Virus genome (UHGV): UHGV-0215134
Strand: one strand, 5' to 3'
From: a virus
Length of the DNA: 37,333 nucleotides
Both the position numbers and the translations under genes were made by a program. The notes below the pieces were generated by a model. It was not told the DNA's origin. It was given only the letters and a program-made list of their open reading frames with translations, and searched no databases. This document shows, one piece after another, positions 8,785-18,104 of this stretch (positions within the stretch are counted from its first letter, which is position 1; each line of letters starts with the position of its first letter).

Positions 8785-9708
8785 TTATACGCTTTCCTGT
8801 TCCGTATTCTCTTCCTCAACAGTTGCCGGCTCTACGTTCATTGCACAACCGTCTTTTTTCATCTCAAGCAAAAACAGATCCCCGTAATTGCGGTTCTGAT
8901 ACAAATAACCGTCTGCGGTCCTGCTGTCTGTTCCAGGAGTAAAAAGCTTGATATAGCTGTACTTATCCCTACAAACAACGCAGGATGGATGAATAAGAAT
9001 AAAGTTTATTTGTCTTGCCCCGTCTGCCGGAGTACAGCCGTCCGTAAAATTGTACTGCGTTTTCATTCTGGCGGATGGAACGCTTTTTATTTCAACGTTA
9101 TCAAGACTATGCACCCGCCTGTCAATTCCCGACTGGCTGCTCACATCGATATTACGCTGAATACCTTCCGCGCGTTTAAGAAGTTTTTTGACAGTCGGAG
9201 TTGCGTACAGAATTCTACCCTCCTCCGGCACTGCCGCCTCGTCCATTGCGGTCATCATATCGTCAAATTTATCAAGTATATTAGCCGCTGTCAAAACGGT
9301 AGCGTCGATATTTCCGCCGTAAGTTGTAAGCTCCGCAAAAAGCTTAGAAAAACGATAGCTGTCCTTTTCGGGAATAGCACGCTCAGTCTCAAATGTGTTC
9401 TGAATATTTGCAACTGAAAGCGTGAGATTAGTTTCGTCGATATCCATCGGATCGATGAAAAACTCTATATCTCTGTCATGCTCAAGCTTTTTAGGCTCCC
9501 AATCGTTTGACATAGTACCGGAATTAAAGCCCGGCGTTCTCGAGTGATCCTTGTAACCGCTAAGCGTCATTCTTGGAAGCTTGATAGTCTGAGCATTGAT
9601 AAACTGCACCTGCATATTGCTCTTAGTCAGTGCGTCTGAGCAAAGCTCCTTTGAATATTTCTCCTGAAGCAAGCCTGTAAAGGTCGTCGCGTAATCATAT
9701 ACTGCCAT
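8785..9708 (-). CDS. Major capsid protein
   Basis: 307 aa after the scaffold gene; DR..EF.IDPMDIDETN, PEKD.YRFSKL, R.YGDLF motifs. Confidence 0.9.
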   Translation of the reverse strand: MAVYDYATTFTGLLQEKYSKELCSDALTKSNMQVQFINAQTIKLPRMTLSGYKDHSRTPGFNSGTMSNDWEPKKLEHDRDIEFFIDPMDIDETNLTLSVANIQNTFETERAIPEKDSYRFSKLFAELTTYGGNIDATVLTAANILDKFDDMMTAMDEAAVPEEGRILYATPTVKKLLKRAEGIQRNIDVSSQSGIDRRVHSLDNVEIKSVPSARMKTQYNFTDGCTPADGARQINFILIHPSCVVCRDKYSYIKLFTPGTDSRTADGYLYQNRNYGDLFLLEMKKDGCAMNVEPATVEEENTEQESV

Positions 9709-9729
9709 TTATATCATCCTTTCTTTGTA

Positions 9730-10311
9730 TTAAAGCCCGAACGCCGCTTTAAGAGCGTCGTTGTTCGCGTTATTGTCTCCGGAATCTCCATCGGCCCCGA
9801 ATTTAAAGCCTTTAGCTCCGCCGGCCTGCGGCTTTAACTGGGGTATGTCTTCTAATACCTTTGCTATAGCGTTTTTCAACGCCTCCTGATTGATCTTTCC
9901 GTCTTCTCCGGTAACTCCGCTCATATCCGCCATTTTAAGAATATACGGCGCCGTCTTTACGTCAATTCCCATTGTAATGGCTTCCAGAGCGCCGGCTCGC
10001 TGAATCTCTGCCGTCAAGGCGGCTTTCTGCGCCTGTGCAAGCTGCGACTGGATTTCATTCAAATCGGGAGTATTCTTTGCCTTTTCCTCCTTATAGGCGT
10101 TGATCGCGGCTGACATTTCCTCCTGAGACAATCCCTGACGTTTAAAATAATTTCTGAGTATTTCCGATTCCTTCTGTTCTGTGCCGTTTGCAACAATTTC
10201 GGCGATTTTGCCATAGTCAATTTCGCGGGCAGGAACGGACTGCGGATCGGAATTGCCGGCATTTTGATTCTGCCCTTGATTCTGATTGTTTACGTTAGCT
10301 TCTTCTGCCAT
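9730..10311 (-). CDS. Capsid scaffolding protein
   Basis: 193 aa, low-complexity N/Q N-terminus, coiled-coil, ends AFGL, directly before the capsid gene. Confidence 0.8.
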   Translation of the reverse strand: MAEEANVNNQNQGQNQNAGNSDPQSVPAREIDYGKIAEIVANGTEQKESEILRNYFKRQGLSQEEMSAAINAYKEEKAKNTPDLNEIQSQLAQAQKAALTAEIQRAGALEAITMGIDVKTAPYILKMADMSGVTGEDGKINQEALKNAIAKVLEDIPQLKPQAGGAKGFKFGADGDSGDNNANNDALKAAFGL

Positions 10312-10385
10312 AACATTACCTCCAAAAAATATTTAAGCAGTTTTATGCCGTGCTCAGGGCATGAAAAAAGCGCTCATAAAAGCGC

Positions 10386-10793
10386 TTAATCAATAGTTTC
10401 AAAGCTTACCGGAATCCACATATTCGGATTGAAGTTAAGCGTATAGTGGTAATTATCAACGTAATTATCCGTAACATCTTCGACCGTATAAGTTACATTG
10501 TCAGAAAGACCTATAAAATGCTTTTTATACGTGCCGTTTTCATCTTCAACTATTATTTCTAGCTGATTTTCGGCGGTATCCGCATTTAAGGACATTTTTC
10601 CGGTCATTTGAAAAAGTACATCGCCCTGAATGCAGTTAATAACGGTTATTTGCCTAATTGTGTTAAAGTTATCAGCTTGCTTTGAAATATTGTACGATAC
10701 TCTTTCAGACTGTCTTTGACATCCGACAGACAATGCCGACATCAACGTCAGCCCCATTACGGCTGCAAGTATTTTCTTTGATTTTCTTTTCAT
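10386..10793 (-). CDS. Lipoprotein
   Basis: Start MKRKSKK after AGAGG; basic N-region, hydrophobic stretch, lipobox-like LSVG-C. Confidence 0.75.
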   Translation of the reverse strand: MKRKSKKILAAVMGLTLMSALSVGCQRQSERVSYNISKQADNFNTIRQITVINCIQGDVLFQMTGKMSLNADTAENQLEIIVEDENGTYKKHFIGLSDNVTYTVEDVTDNYVDNYHYTLNFNPNMWIPVSFETID

Positions 10794-10855
10794 AATTCTA
10801 CCTCTTTCTTTTTTAGTGATATATAAAAATAACGCTCCGACTATTGCCGAAACGC

Positions 10856-11506
10856 TTAACAAGCTATTTTCTTAACATTCGTTACTTCTATGAAGCTTTT
10901 TATCCGGTCGTAACCCCAGCCGCAATTAATCAAAGACGACACGAGCATTTCCATGCTTTCTATATCTCTGAGCTGTTCCGCTGTAAAACAATCGCGGAGA
11001 TTATCTTTTTTGGGTATACCGTAATGCTCTCTCAGCTTATTGGCGTTCATGCCGAACAAAACCTTGTAAATGCAGTTTGTATATGTCGAATACGCATGAC
11101 CGTGCATTCTTTCGTTTTCAGTAGACTGCTGCAAGGCTTTCGTGAGCGACTGCCTGACTGCGATCCCCTTTTCTCGTTCTATAAGCTTGCCCTGGAGCGT
11201 TTTCTCCATAACGTTAAACTGTTTTATGTAAGCTTCCTTGAACTTCATAGCCTTTTCGCCGGTGTAACCCATTGCCAAAAGGGTGAAGCCGTCGCGGGTA
11301 ATATAATACATAGGATATTTTTTATTATTGCCCTCAACTTTGTATTCTGAAAACGCAAAATTGCGCTCTCTGAATTCCGTTGAACACCCTAAATTTTCTA
11401 TATCCCTAAGTACGTCGGCATGACGTTTCTCAAACGTCTCCGCTACATCAAGACTGCTTACAACAGTTACTTCCTGCTTGTTGATTTTCGATACTTCTAC
11501 TAACAT
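10856..11506 (-). CDS. Rha-family phage regulatory protein
   Basis: SSLDVAETFEKRH..VLRDIE and TRDGFTLLAMGYTGEKAMKFKEAYI.QFN motifs. Confidence 0.9.
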   Translation of the reverse strand: MLVEVSKINKQEVTVVSSLDVAETFEKRHADVLRDIENLGCSTEFRERNFAFSEYKVEGNNKKYPMYYITRDGFTLLAMGYTGEKAMKFKEAYIKQFNVMEKTLQGKLIEREKGIAVRQSLTKALQQSTENERMHGHAYSTYTNCIYKVLFGMNANKLREHYGIPKKDNLRDCFTAEQLRDIESMEMLVSSLINCGWGYDRIKSFIEVTNVKKIAC

Positions 11507-11599
11507 AGTAATAATCCTTTCAGTTATTTTATTTTTGGGTATAAAAATAGCGCATACCTTTAGGCATACGCTGATTTGTATTAAATTGTGATATAACTA

Positions 11600-11620
11600 A
11601 ACCGCCTTATCAAGGCGGCT
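11600..11620 (-). terminator. Hairpin after the immunity-like gene
   Basis: ccgcctt-atc-aaggcgg inverted repeat followed by T's on the minus strand. Confidence 0.55.
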
Positions 11621-11816
11621 ATAACAACTTTAAATCTTCTTCACTGCAATTAAAAAGTGGAAAATCTCCTCCATAACCGTCTTTGCGTTTTCCTTTGATG
11701 TCACTTTCAACAGTTATTACTGTTTTGCTTCCGGTTTTTACGATATCAACTATTGTACCGGGGAGATTCTTCGATTTTATTATAACTTTATCATATAAAT
11801 TAAACAATAATATCAA
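11619..11816 (-). CDS. Putative immunity protein for the MuF-type toxin domain (DUF4926-like); start may be TTG at 11807
   Basis: Small SH3-like pattern LYDKV.IK...GTIVDI; overlaps the toxin-domain stop; RBS GAGAGGA. Confidence 0.6.
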   Translation of the reverse strand: MILLFNLYDKVIIKSKNLPGTIVDIVKTGSKTVITVESDIKGKRKDGYGGDFPLFNCSEEDLKLL

Positions 11817-12178
11817 TCCTCTCTATGACCGGTTATCAACCGTGGTTTACTTTCTGGAGTATCTTTTCTCCAAACAATTCGGAATCTTTTCTTATTATTA
11901 ACACCGAGATACATAAATGTGCTGAAATCCTCTGTTCCATCCTCATTCTTTTTTATATCTAAGACTTTTGAATTATCAAACTCCGAAGTGATATCATTGA
12001 AAAGGCGTTCATAATCATTCTCATTGTATCCTACATCAAAAAATTCCTTGGAATGTTTTGCGCCTGGTTTTAATAGAAATTTATTGATTTTATCGGGATG
12101 AATTTCAATTCTTTCACTTGCCTTTATTATACCACTTCTACTTGAATTGTCAATATAATTTTCCGCCGTTTTTTCCAC
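11813..12178 (-). CDS. Putative toxin (RNase-like, DUF6883-like) C-terminal domain of the minor head protein, in the -1 frame relative to it
   Basis: PDKINKFLL.P...K...F..VGY and IVW.......PRLITGH motifs; begins with the linker IDNSSRSGIIK. Confidence 0.6.
   Translation of the reverse strand: MEKTAENYIDNSSRSGIIKASERIEIHPDKINKFLLKPGAKHSKEFFDVGYNENDYERLFNDITSEFDNSKVLDIKKNEDGTEDFSTFMYLGVNNKKRFRIVWRKDTPESKPRLITGHRED
12126..12153 (-). promoter_or_regulatory. Internal sigma-A promoter inside the toxin linker
   Basis: TTGACA(12148-12153)-16-TATAAT(12126-12131) with extended -10 TG. Confidence 0.65.
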
Positions 12179-13215
12179 TCGTCAGCTTTTTTACCGTACA
12201 TGCGCCTATTGTCTTCATCAAGAAAATTTTCGGACATTCTTCTGAACTTTTCCGACTGATTTTCGGCATACCTTCGTTTCTGTTCGGCGTTGTACTGTTC
12301 TATAAGCTCCCGCCGTTCTGATTCTGTATAAGGTTTACCCTCGTCAGAAATACCCTCAAAATATGTCGTATGACCGTCCTTACATCTCGGATGGTAAAGT
12401 CCCTTTGCTATAGCTGTACTCATAAGCATATGCTTTCCGTCCGGTCTGCCCCCGCTCCATACATCGTCGATAAGTACTTTGCCTACAAACGGAGCGCACA
12501 TAGGGCACGGATTGCCGCGCTTATTCATAATAACAAGGCTCTCGCCCCATTCCCTGCGCATTTCCCCTTCTCCGGTCAAATACGCCCTTTTGCCTGCGGT
12601 TGACAACAACATAGATATATAATCACGAATGCCGTGTCTCGCTCCGTTCTTGTATTCAATACAGTTTATTCCGGCTCTTAGAAAATCCTTTGCCGCCATG
12701 TCAACAGCCTTTTCATATGTTCCCGCCCCGCTTGCCGCATAAACCTGAGCGTTAAATACGATCTTTCGATACTGATCGTTTGCCATACGAAGCACGGCAT
12801 GCTCGGCGCGTTCAGCGTCGTTAACGGTCGCCCTTATCAAAGCGTCCATTTTACGGGTATTCATTTTTATGAATTCTGCTGACGTTTCAGCATGACCGCT
12901 GAATATATGTTTCGGCTTATAACCTTTTTTAATAGCTTCCAATATTTTTATTTCCTGATTTGCCGATCCGTCAGTTCTCTCCTGTCTGATAAATTCATCT
13001 ATTCTTGCATTAAGAGAAGCAAATTCCTTGGAAAATTTCTTTTTATTCTTCCGGCGGTATTCTTCCATAACCTTCAGTTGAATGATCTGCCACATTTCCC
13101 AGTTATAGCCCTCCTTTGTTTCTTCCGCGCGGTGACGTTTAAAGTTGCGGAACATAGACGAAATCAATTCATTCTCAATACGGGCAAAAGCTTCGCTGAT
13201 ATCGTAATCAGGCAT
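12127..13215 (-). CDS. Minor head morphogenesis protein (MuF / phage minor capsid 2 type)
   Basis: After the portal; CPMCAPF.GKV and GLYHPRCK motifs. Confidence 0.88.
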   Translation of the reverse strand: MPDYDISEAFARIENELISSMFRNFKRHRAEETKEGYNWEMWQIIQLKVMEEYRRKNKKKFSKEFASLNARIDEFIRQERTDGSANQEIKILEAIKKGYKPKHIFSGHAETSAEFIKMNTRKMDALIRATVNDAERAEHAVLRMANDQYRKIVFNAQVYAASGAGTYEKAVDMAAKDFLRAGINCIEYKNGARHGIRDYISMLLSTAGKRAYLTGEGEMRREWGESLVIMNKRGNPCPMCAPFVGKVLIDDVWSGGRPDGKHMLMSTAIAKGLYHPRCKDGHTTYFEGISDEGKPYTESERRELIEQYNAEQKRRYAENQSEKFRRMSENFLDEDNRRMYGKKADEWKKRRKIILTIQVEVV

Positions 13216-13220
13216 ATTTT

Positions 13221-14729
13221 TTATACCTCCGGTTCAATCGTTTCAGAATCAAACGTATCGTCATTAATCAGAGTTTCGTCAATCTGCGCTATGCCCTGCT
13301 CTTCCTTAAGTCTTTGTATCTCTTCCGCTTTCCATTGCTTGTCCTTACTGTCCCCGTACAGTTCCTCAACGCTTGCCTCGATACTCATAATACCTCCCTG
13401 CTTGGCCTTTGATATCGTTTCAACCTGAGATTCAAACGAAGGGTTAGCATATTCTCCGAACGGAATACTGACTTCGATTTCCTCCGGAGCTTTTCCCAGA
13501 GACATAATATATGCGTTTATACAGGCGGCCGCTAATTTAGGAAGCTGCTCCTGCATAGCTTCAACTATAGCGTTTCTTGTATAAAGAGTCGCCTTTTCTT
13601 TTTCTCTCTGCGCCTCTGCGTTATCAAGCTTTTTTACGTCGATTCCTAATGTCGAGGGGCTTATAATCCCCTGCAAGCACAAATCAAGCGCGGTTACATA
13701 GCTTGCAAGATAGCTGTCGTGGGGAATGTCGGGCTGCTTTACTTCAATACCCGATCTTCCGTCCTCGGCAAACGCGCTTGCGGTCTGAATAAATCTGTTG
13801 TCAAACGGGTTTGGTTTCAACAGCGTTCCGTTATTCTCATTTTTCGGAATCATATCCTCCGGTATATAGGTTTTCGACCTTCCGGCACGCAGCGCGTCCA
13901 TCCACTGCGACCATACCTCGTCAAAGGCGTCGAAGCTGTCCAGCTTACCGTCGAAAATACTTCCGCCTCTGTTTTTATATTTTGCGCTTTCAAATATTTT
14001 AAAGGGTACTGCAAGTATCTGCGACCTATCAAACGCAATAACAGGTTTAAGATCGCTAAGAGCTGAGACTGCGCTCATATCAACGGGCTTACCATCACAG
14101 CAGAGCTCGCTTTTTATGTAACCGAAGCCGTAACGCTCACAAAGTATATATTCTCGTCTATGCTCCCTGAAAAGCGTCTTGAATACGACCTCATGAAGTC
14201 GTCCGCGTCTGTATACAAGCTCTATTCTTTCGCCCGGATACCATTCAAGCACAGGATATTTGCTTATATCAGAATCCATTGTAATCTTGAAAGCGCCGTC
14301 GCCGATAAAAAGGAGCTCTCTTAAATTTGCTTCAAGATTTTTTCGGAAACTGTTTTCATTTTCGATATTGCTCCATATATCTCCATGCGCGGGTTTTTTA
14401 AACTCAAAGTCGTTCATATCTGAAAGAGTAACCGAAACAAGCGTTTTGACGATCAACGACGGAAGTCCTGTATGTATTTTACGCATTTCCATTCCACGCG
14501 AGCATTTAGACGCCCAAAATTTATATTTATCGGCATATTCTGAAACGCTGCCATAAAGCTGTTCAAGCTCGTTTCCGTCTCCTCTGTACCATATCCGGTT
14601 ACGGATAGCATTTACTTCAAAATCCATAACCTCGTTTATCTGTATGCTGTAGGGATTTGCGGGCATAACGTTTAGCCAGCTTCGCAGCCCCCGTTTTATA
14701 TTCTCGCTCAATTTCTGTATTACACCCAC
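13221..14729 (-). CDS. Portal protein (A118-like)
   Basis: 502 aa between TerL and the minor head protein; GIISPSTLGID motif. Confidence 0.88.
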   Translation of the reverse strand: MGVIQKLSENIKRGLRSWLNVMPANPYSIQINEVMDFEVNAIRNRIWYRGDGNELEQLYGSVSEYADKYKFWASKCSRGMEMRKIHTGLPSLIVKTLVSVTLSDMNDFEFKKPAHGDIWSNIENENSFRKNLEANLRELLFIGDGAFKITMDSDISKYPVLEWYPGERIELVYRRGRLHEVVFKTLFREHRREYILCERYGFGYIKSELCCDGKPVDMSAVSALSDLKPVIAFDRSQILAVPFKIFESAKYKNRGGSIFDGKLDSFDAFDEVWSQWMDALRAGRSKTYIPEDMIPKNENNGTLLKPNPFDNRFIQTASAFAEDGRSGIEVKQPDIPHDSYLASYVTALDLCLQGIISPSTLGIDVKKLDNAEAQREKEKATLYTRNAIVEAMQEQLPKLAAACINAYIMSLGKAPEEIEVSIPFGEYANPSFESQVETISKAKQGGIMSIEASVEELYGDSKDKQWKAEEIQRLKEEQGIAQIDETLINDDTFDSETIEPEV

Positions 14730-14733
14730 CTTT

Positions 14734-16125
14734 TCACGCTCCTAACAAATACATAGTTTCCGCAACCCCCGTTGTCGCGTCGGGCGCGTCGTCGTGACGG
14801 TTGTCTCCGTCGCGCTGATATTTTATCATTGCGCTGTAATAATCCGGCCATTTGTCTTTCCAGTTCTGCGGAAAATATACATGCTCCATTATCCATGTGG
14901 AATTTGAAATGATTCTCGCTTTCTTATTTTTCGATTGATGGAACCATTTTACAACGGTCTGATTGCTTGAAAATTGTTCCCGCAATATGCGTATAACGTT
15001 TCTTGCGAAGCCTGAACCGCCGTTATTACTTTCTATCCTCGCCTTGTTTACCTTAAATTCAAAAAATCTGCCCGCAGTTTCTTTTTCTGTTATTTCCATT
15101 CCTTGCTGAGTATAATAAACATCAAGTATATACGCCTCTTTCATATACGCGCCCCAGATTACACAACACAAATAATCGCTTCCTTCGTCCGCCGTATCAG
15201 TGTAGCTGTATATTCCCTCTAAAAGGCTTCTTCCACCGCTGTCCTGCGGCAGCTTATTATAGGTTTTAAAGCTTGTATACAGTCGGCCCTTGATATCTAT
15301 CGGTTCCTGTTGATAATTGGCCGACGCTATATCGGCGCCCATAGCCTTGATTTTAGACATATACGACTTGTATGACAAAACCTCAGGACAAAGCATAGAA
15401 CCATCGTCCTGCAACGCTTTCATGCAGATATGACGGACTTTAGCTCCTGATTCATAAAAATGCTCCAAAGCGCGGCCCGCTAAATCATCCGAAGCCCAGC
15501 GCGTCATAATTATTATAATTTTTCCGCCCTCCTCCAATCGGGAAAGCATAGTATCTGTAAACCATGCCCAGTGCTTTTCTTTTGTCAATTCGTTATTTGC
15601 CTCCTCGGCATTTTTTATAAGGTCGTCGATAATGAGCAGCGTTGCGCCGAATCCCGTCGCCGTACCGGTCGGAGAAGTTGCAAGATAATTATTATATCCG
15701 CCCTCCAAGCTCCATAAATTCATTGCTCCGTCGCCGCGCTTAATCGATACTCCGGGAAACACGTCGGAAAAAACGGGTTTATGTACATCGGCTTTAGCCT
15801 CCATTATGTCGTTACGAACGTTTTTAGAAAACATAGTTGAAAGCGTTTCGTTATATGAGCCCGTCATGATCTTTTGATTTTTATCGTTTCCCAGCACCCA
15901 CTCAACCAGCAGTCCGGCAGTCCGAGACTTGCCATGTCGGGGCGGCTCGTTTACGATCATTACTTCGTCGTCAGACTGTATAAAATCCTGGAACTCATTA
16001 CAAAGATCAACCAAATATCGTCTATCTGCTTTGTAGAAGTCAGGAGCCTTTAAATTACAGTAAGCAAAAAAGTCGCGCCTTGCAAGCTCGATTTTTGCTC
16101 CGAGCTTTATCAATTCTCTATCCAC
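14734..16125 (-). CDS. terL: Terminase large subunit
   Basis: Walker A PPRHGKS, Walker B LLIIDD, MTRW coupling motif, nuclease DTA and HDDAPDA. Confidence 0.95.
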   Translation of the reverse strand: MDRELIKLGAKIELARRDFFAYCNLKAPDFYKADRRYLVDLCNEFQDFIQSDDEVMIVNEPPRHGKSRTAGLLVEWVLGNDKNQKIMTGSYNETLSTMFSKNVRNDIMEAKADVHKPVFSDVFPGVSIKRGDGAMNLWSLEGGYNNYLATSPTGTATGFGATLLIIDDLIKNAEEANNELTKEKHWAWFTDTMLSRLEEGGKIIIIMTRWASDDLAGRALEHFYESGAKVRHICMKALQDDGSMLCPEVLSYKSYMSKIKAMGADIASANYQQEPIDIKGRLYTSFKTYNKLPQDSGGRSLLEGIYSYTDTADEGSDYLCCVIWGAYMKEAYILDVYYTQQGMEITEKETAGRFFEFKVNKARIESNNGGSGFARNVIRILREQFSSNQTVVKWFHQSKNKKARIISNSTWIMEHVYFPQNWKDKWPDYYSAMIKYQRDGDNRHDDAPDATTGVAETMYLLGA

Positions 16126-16537
16126 TGCCGATCAGCTTCTTTAATTCCTCTGTAGTCAGACCGGCATAAGGGTTTTTAGAATTAATCTCACCCGACAATT
16201 CAAGCTTACCGGTATATTCTCCGTCCATTTTATTCAGAGTATCTATCGCCTTGATTCTTGCCTCCGTTTTTTCATTACCGTCAGCCGCTATATCGCTTAA
16301 TACAATCATGCGGTCCTTTCTTTTCATAATGGCGTTATCCTTAGCCTCTTCCTGAAGCTCGCTATACCTTACCAAAACCTTACCATCTGAAAACAAAGCG
16401 CTTGCTTTTACATCGACGGTTGTATCTTTCCATTTCTGTGAAGCAGGAAATGCCTCGCGGTAAGCCTTTCTCTGGCTCATTCCCCGGATGAGGCACTGCA
16501 CAAATTTCTCATGTCTTGCATTTTCTAATACAGCCAT
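16118..16537 (-). CDS. terS: Terminase small subunit
   Basis: N-terminal HTH (RHEKF...GMSQRKAYREA), RIKAIDTLNKM; directly before terL. Confidence 0.88.
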   Translation of the reverse strand: MAVLENARHEKFVQCLIRGMSQRKAYREAFPASQKWKDTTVDVKASALFSDGKVLVRYSELQEEAKDNAIMKRKDRMIVLSDIAADGNEKTEARIKAIDTLNKMDGEYTGKLELSGEINSKNPYAGLTTEELKKLIGSG

Positions 16538-16605
16538 TACAGGCTCACCTTCCTTTCGTTGGGCATAAGAAAAGCCCTAATCAATAGATTAAGGCTTGAA
16601 ATATA

Positions 16606-16640
16606 AAAACCATATCGGCAGCTTCACCGAAATGGTTTTA
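16606..16640 (-). terminator. Hairpin terminator after the AT-rich gene pair
   Basis: aaaaccat.tcgg...ccga.atggtttt inverted repeat. Confidence 0.6.
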
Positions 16641-16661
16641 ATTATATTGATAACTTTCTTT

Positions 16662-17114
16662 TTAACTTTTTTGACTTTCGTTATAAAATAATGCGAAAAA
16701 TATCTTTATTAATAAATAAAATAAAAATAGTGAAACAATTGTTGATGAAGTTAAAATAGCTGATGCCAATTCATTTAAATGAAATTCTTTTAAGTAGTTT
16801 TTCCCTTTAAATAGCGAACAAATCAATGAAAAAAAAATAGTAAAAAAAGCTGTATATACACTACTTTTGAAATACTTTAGCAAGGTTCCAAGTTTAGTTT
16901 GATATGAAATGTTAGAATCTCTTAGCTGGCCATATTCTTTTATTATTTTTGACCCAAAAAGTGTAGATATGGCTGTGATATAAAATCCCAATAGAATCGA
17001 CATAATTGTAAGAATATCATTAGAAATTTTTATAGATTTAAGATCGAAAAAAAGATTAAATGAGAAACTTAAAATTATTAGTATAATAATTTGTTTTTTA
17101 TCCCTTTTATACAA
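16662..17114 (-). CDS. Four-helix membrane protein, AT-rich moron (candidate defence effector)
   Basis: 150 aa with about four hydrophobic segments; overlaps the upstream stop; GTG start after AAGGAGG. Confidence 0.75.
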   Translation of the reverse strand: MYKRDKKQIIILIILSFSFNLFFDLKSIKISNDILTIMSILLGFYITAISTLFGSKIIKEYGQLRDSNISYQTKLGTLLKYFKSSVYTAFFTIFFSLICSLFKGKNYLKEFHLNELASAILTSSTIVSLFLFYLLIKIFFALFYNESQKS

Positions 17115-17934
17115 ATGTTTCCTCCTTCGAAAAATGTATTATTTTATTAATCAATTCACTTTTAACCGTATTATTGTCGTACAAGCCAGTTTCTGGATCA
17201 AGCCCTACATTTATATCTAATGAAACCATATAATTTTGTATATTTAATGTACTTTCTATATCATTATCGTTATAACCGCACACTAAAACATTCTCTATCT
17301 CATTATTTTTTTGACTGTTAAATATTCTTTTTATAAAACTATCTTTATTATGCTTAAAGCTTAAGCGATCATAATTAACATCTATAGTAATATATTGAGC
17401 ATAATCAAACCCAAAAATATTCTTAGTATATTCATATACACCATTATCACTCTGAAAAATACTTGGCATTACAGTAAATTTAATATTTTTTAATGAACTT
17501 ATTGATTTACTAAATTCTTCCACACTTTTATATTGATTTTTAATATAGACATCCAAATTAAGAATATTTTTTAAATAATCAATAAAAACGCCTTTCTTAT
17601 TTGAATTAGATATATAAAAAGTTCCGGTATTAATATAATACAAACCAAATAATTGATTTTTTAATTCAATTTGAAATGGTTTTCTTGGATTGGGTTCTTC
17701 TTCGTTTTTAGGTTCGTTATATACAGTTTTGCTTCTCTTATGAAAATTATCATAATTAGCATAAATCCATAAGTAATCTTGTATTTTGTTATATTCTATT
17801 CTAAATTTATATATCTTATCATTTTTTTCATCAATAAATTTCTCTCTTTGGTTATTTTCTATTTTTAATAGCATATCTCTATCCGGTATTTTGCCATTTA
17901 TAATAAGCTGCATATTTTTGAAAGATAATCTCAT
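17107..17934 (-). CDS. Soluble 275-aa protein, AT-rich moron (candidate defence sensor)
   Basis: Long ORF in visibly AT-rich DNA; RBS GAGGAG; own promoter at 17968-17996. Confidence 0.8.
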   Translation of the reverse strand: MRLSFKNMQLIINGKIPDRDMLLKIENNQREKFIDEKNDKIYKFRIEYNKIQDYLWIYANYDNFHKRSKTVYNEPKNEEEPNPRKPFQIELKNQLFGLYYINTGTFYISNSNKKGVFIDYLKNILNLDVYIKNQYKSVEEFSKSISSLKNIKFTVMPSIFQSDNGVYEYTKNIFGFDYAQYITIDVNYDRLSFKHNKDSFIKRIFNSQKNNEIENVLVCGYNDNDIESTLNIQNYMVSLDINVGLDPETGLYDNNTVKSELINKIIHFSKEETFV

Positions 17935-17967
17935 AAACAGTAACTCCTCTAATTTACCTTTTTCTAA

Positions 17968-17996
17968 ATTTTACCACAAATTATCACCTTTTACAA
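17968..17996 (-). promoter_or_regulatory. Sigma-A promoter of the AT-rich pair
   Basis: TTGTAA-17-TAAAAT with extended -10 TG. Confidence 0.6.
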
Positions 17997-18104
17997 TATA
18001 TAAAAAATAATTTGATATAAATAAATTAAGATATAATTTGTGCAAATTAACAATAAAAGGTAAAGCTGTTCTATGTAAACGGCTATTAAAAGGAATTAAT
18101 GTCA

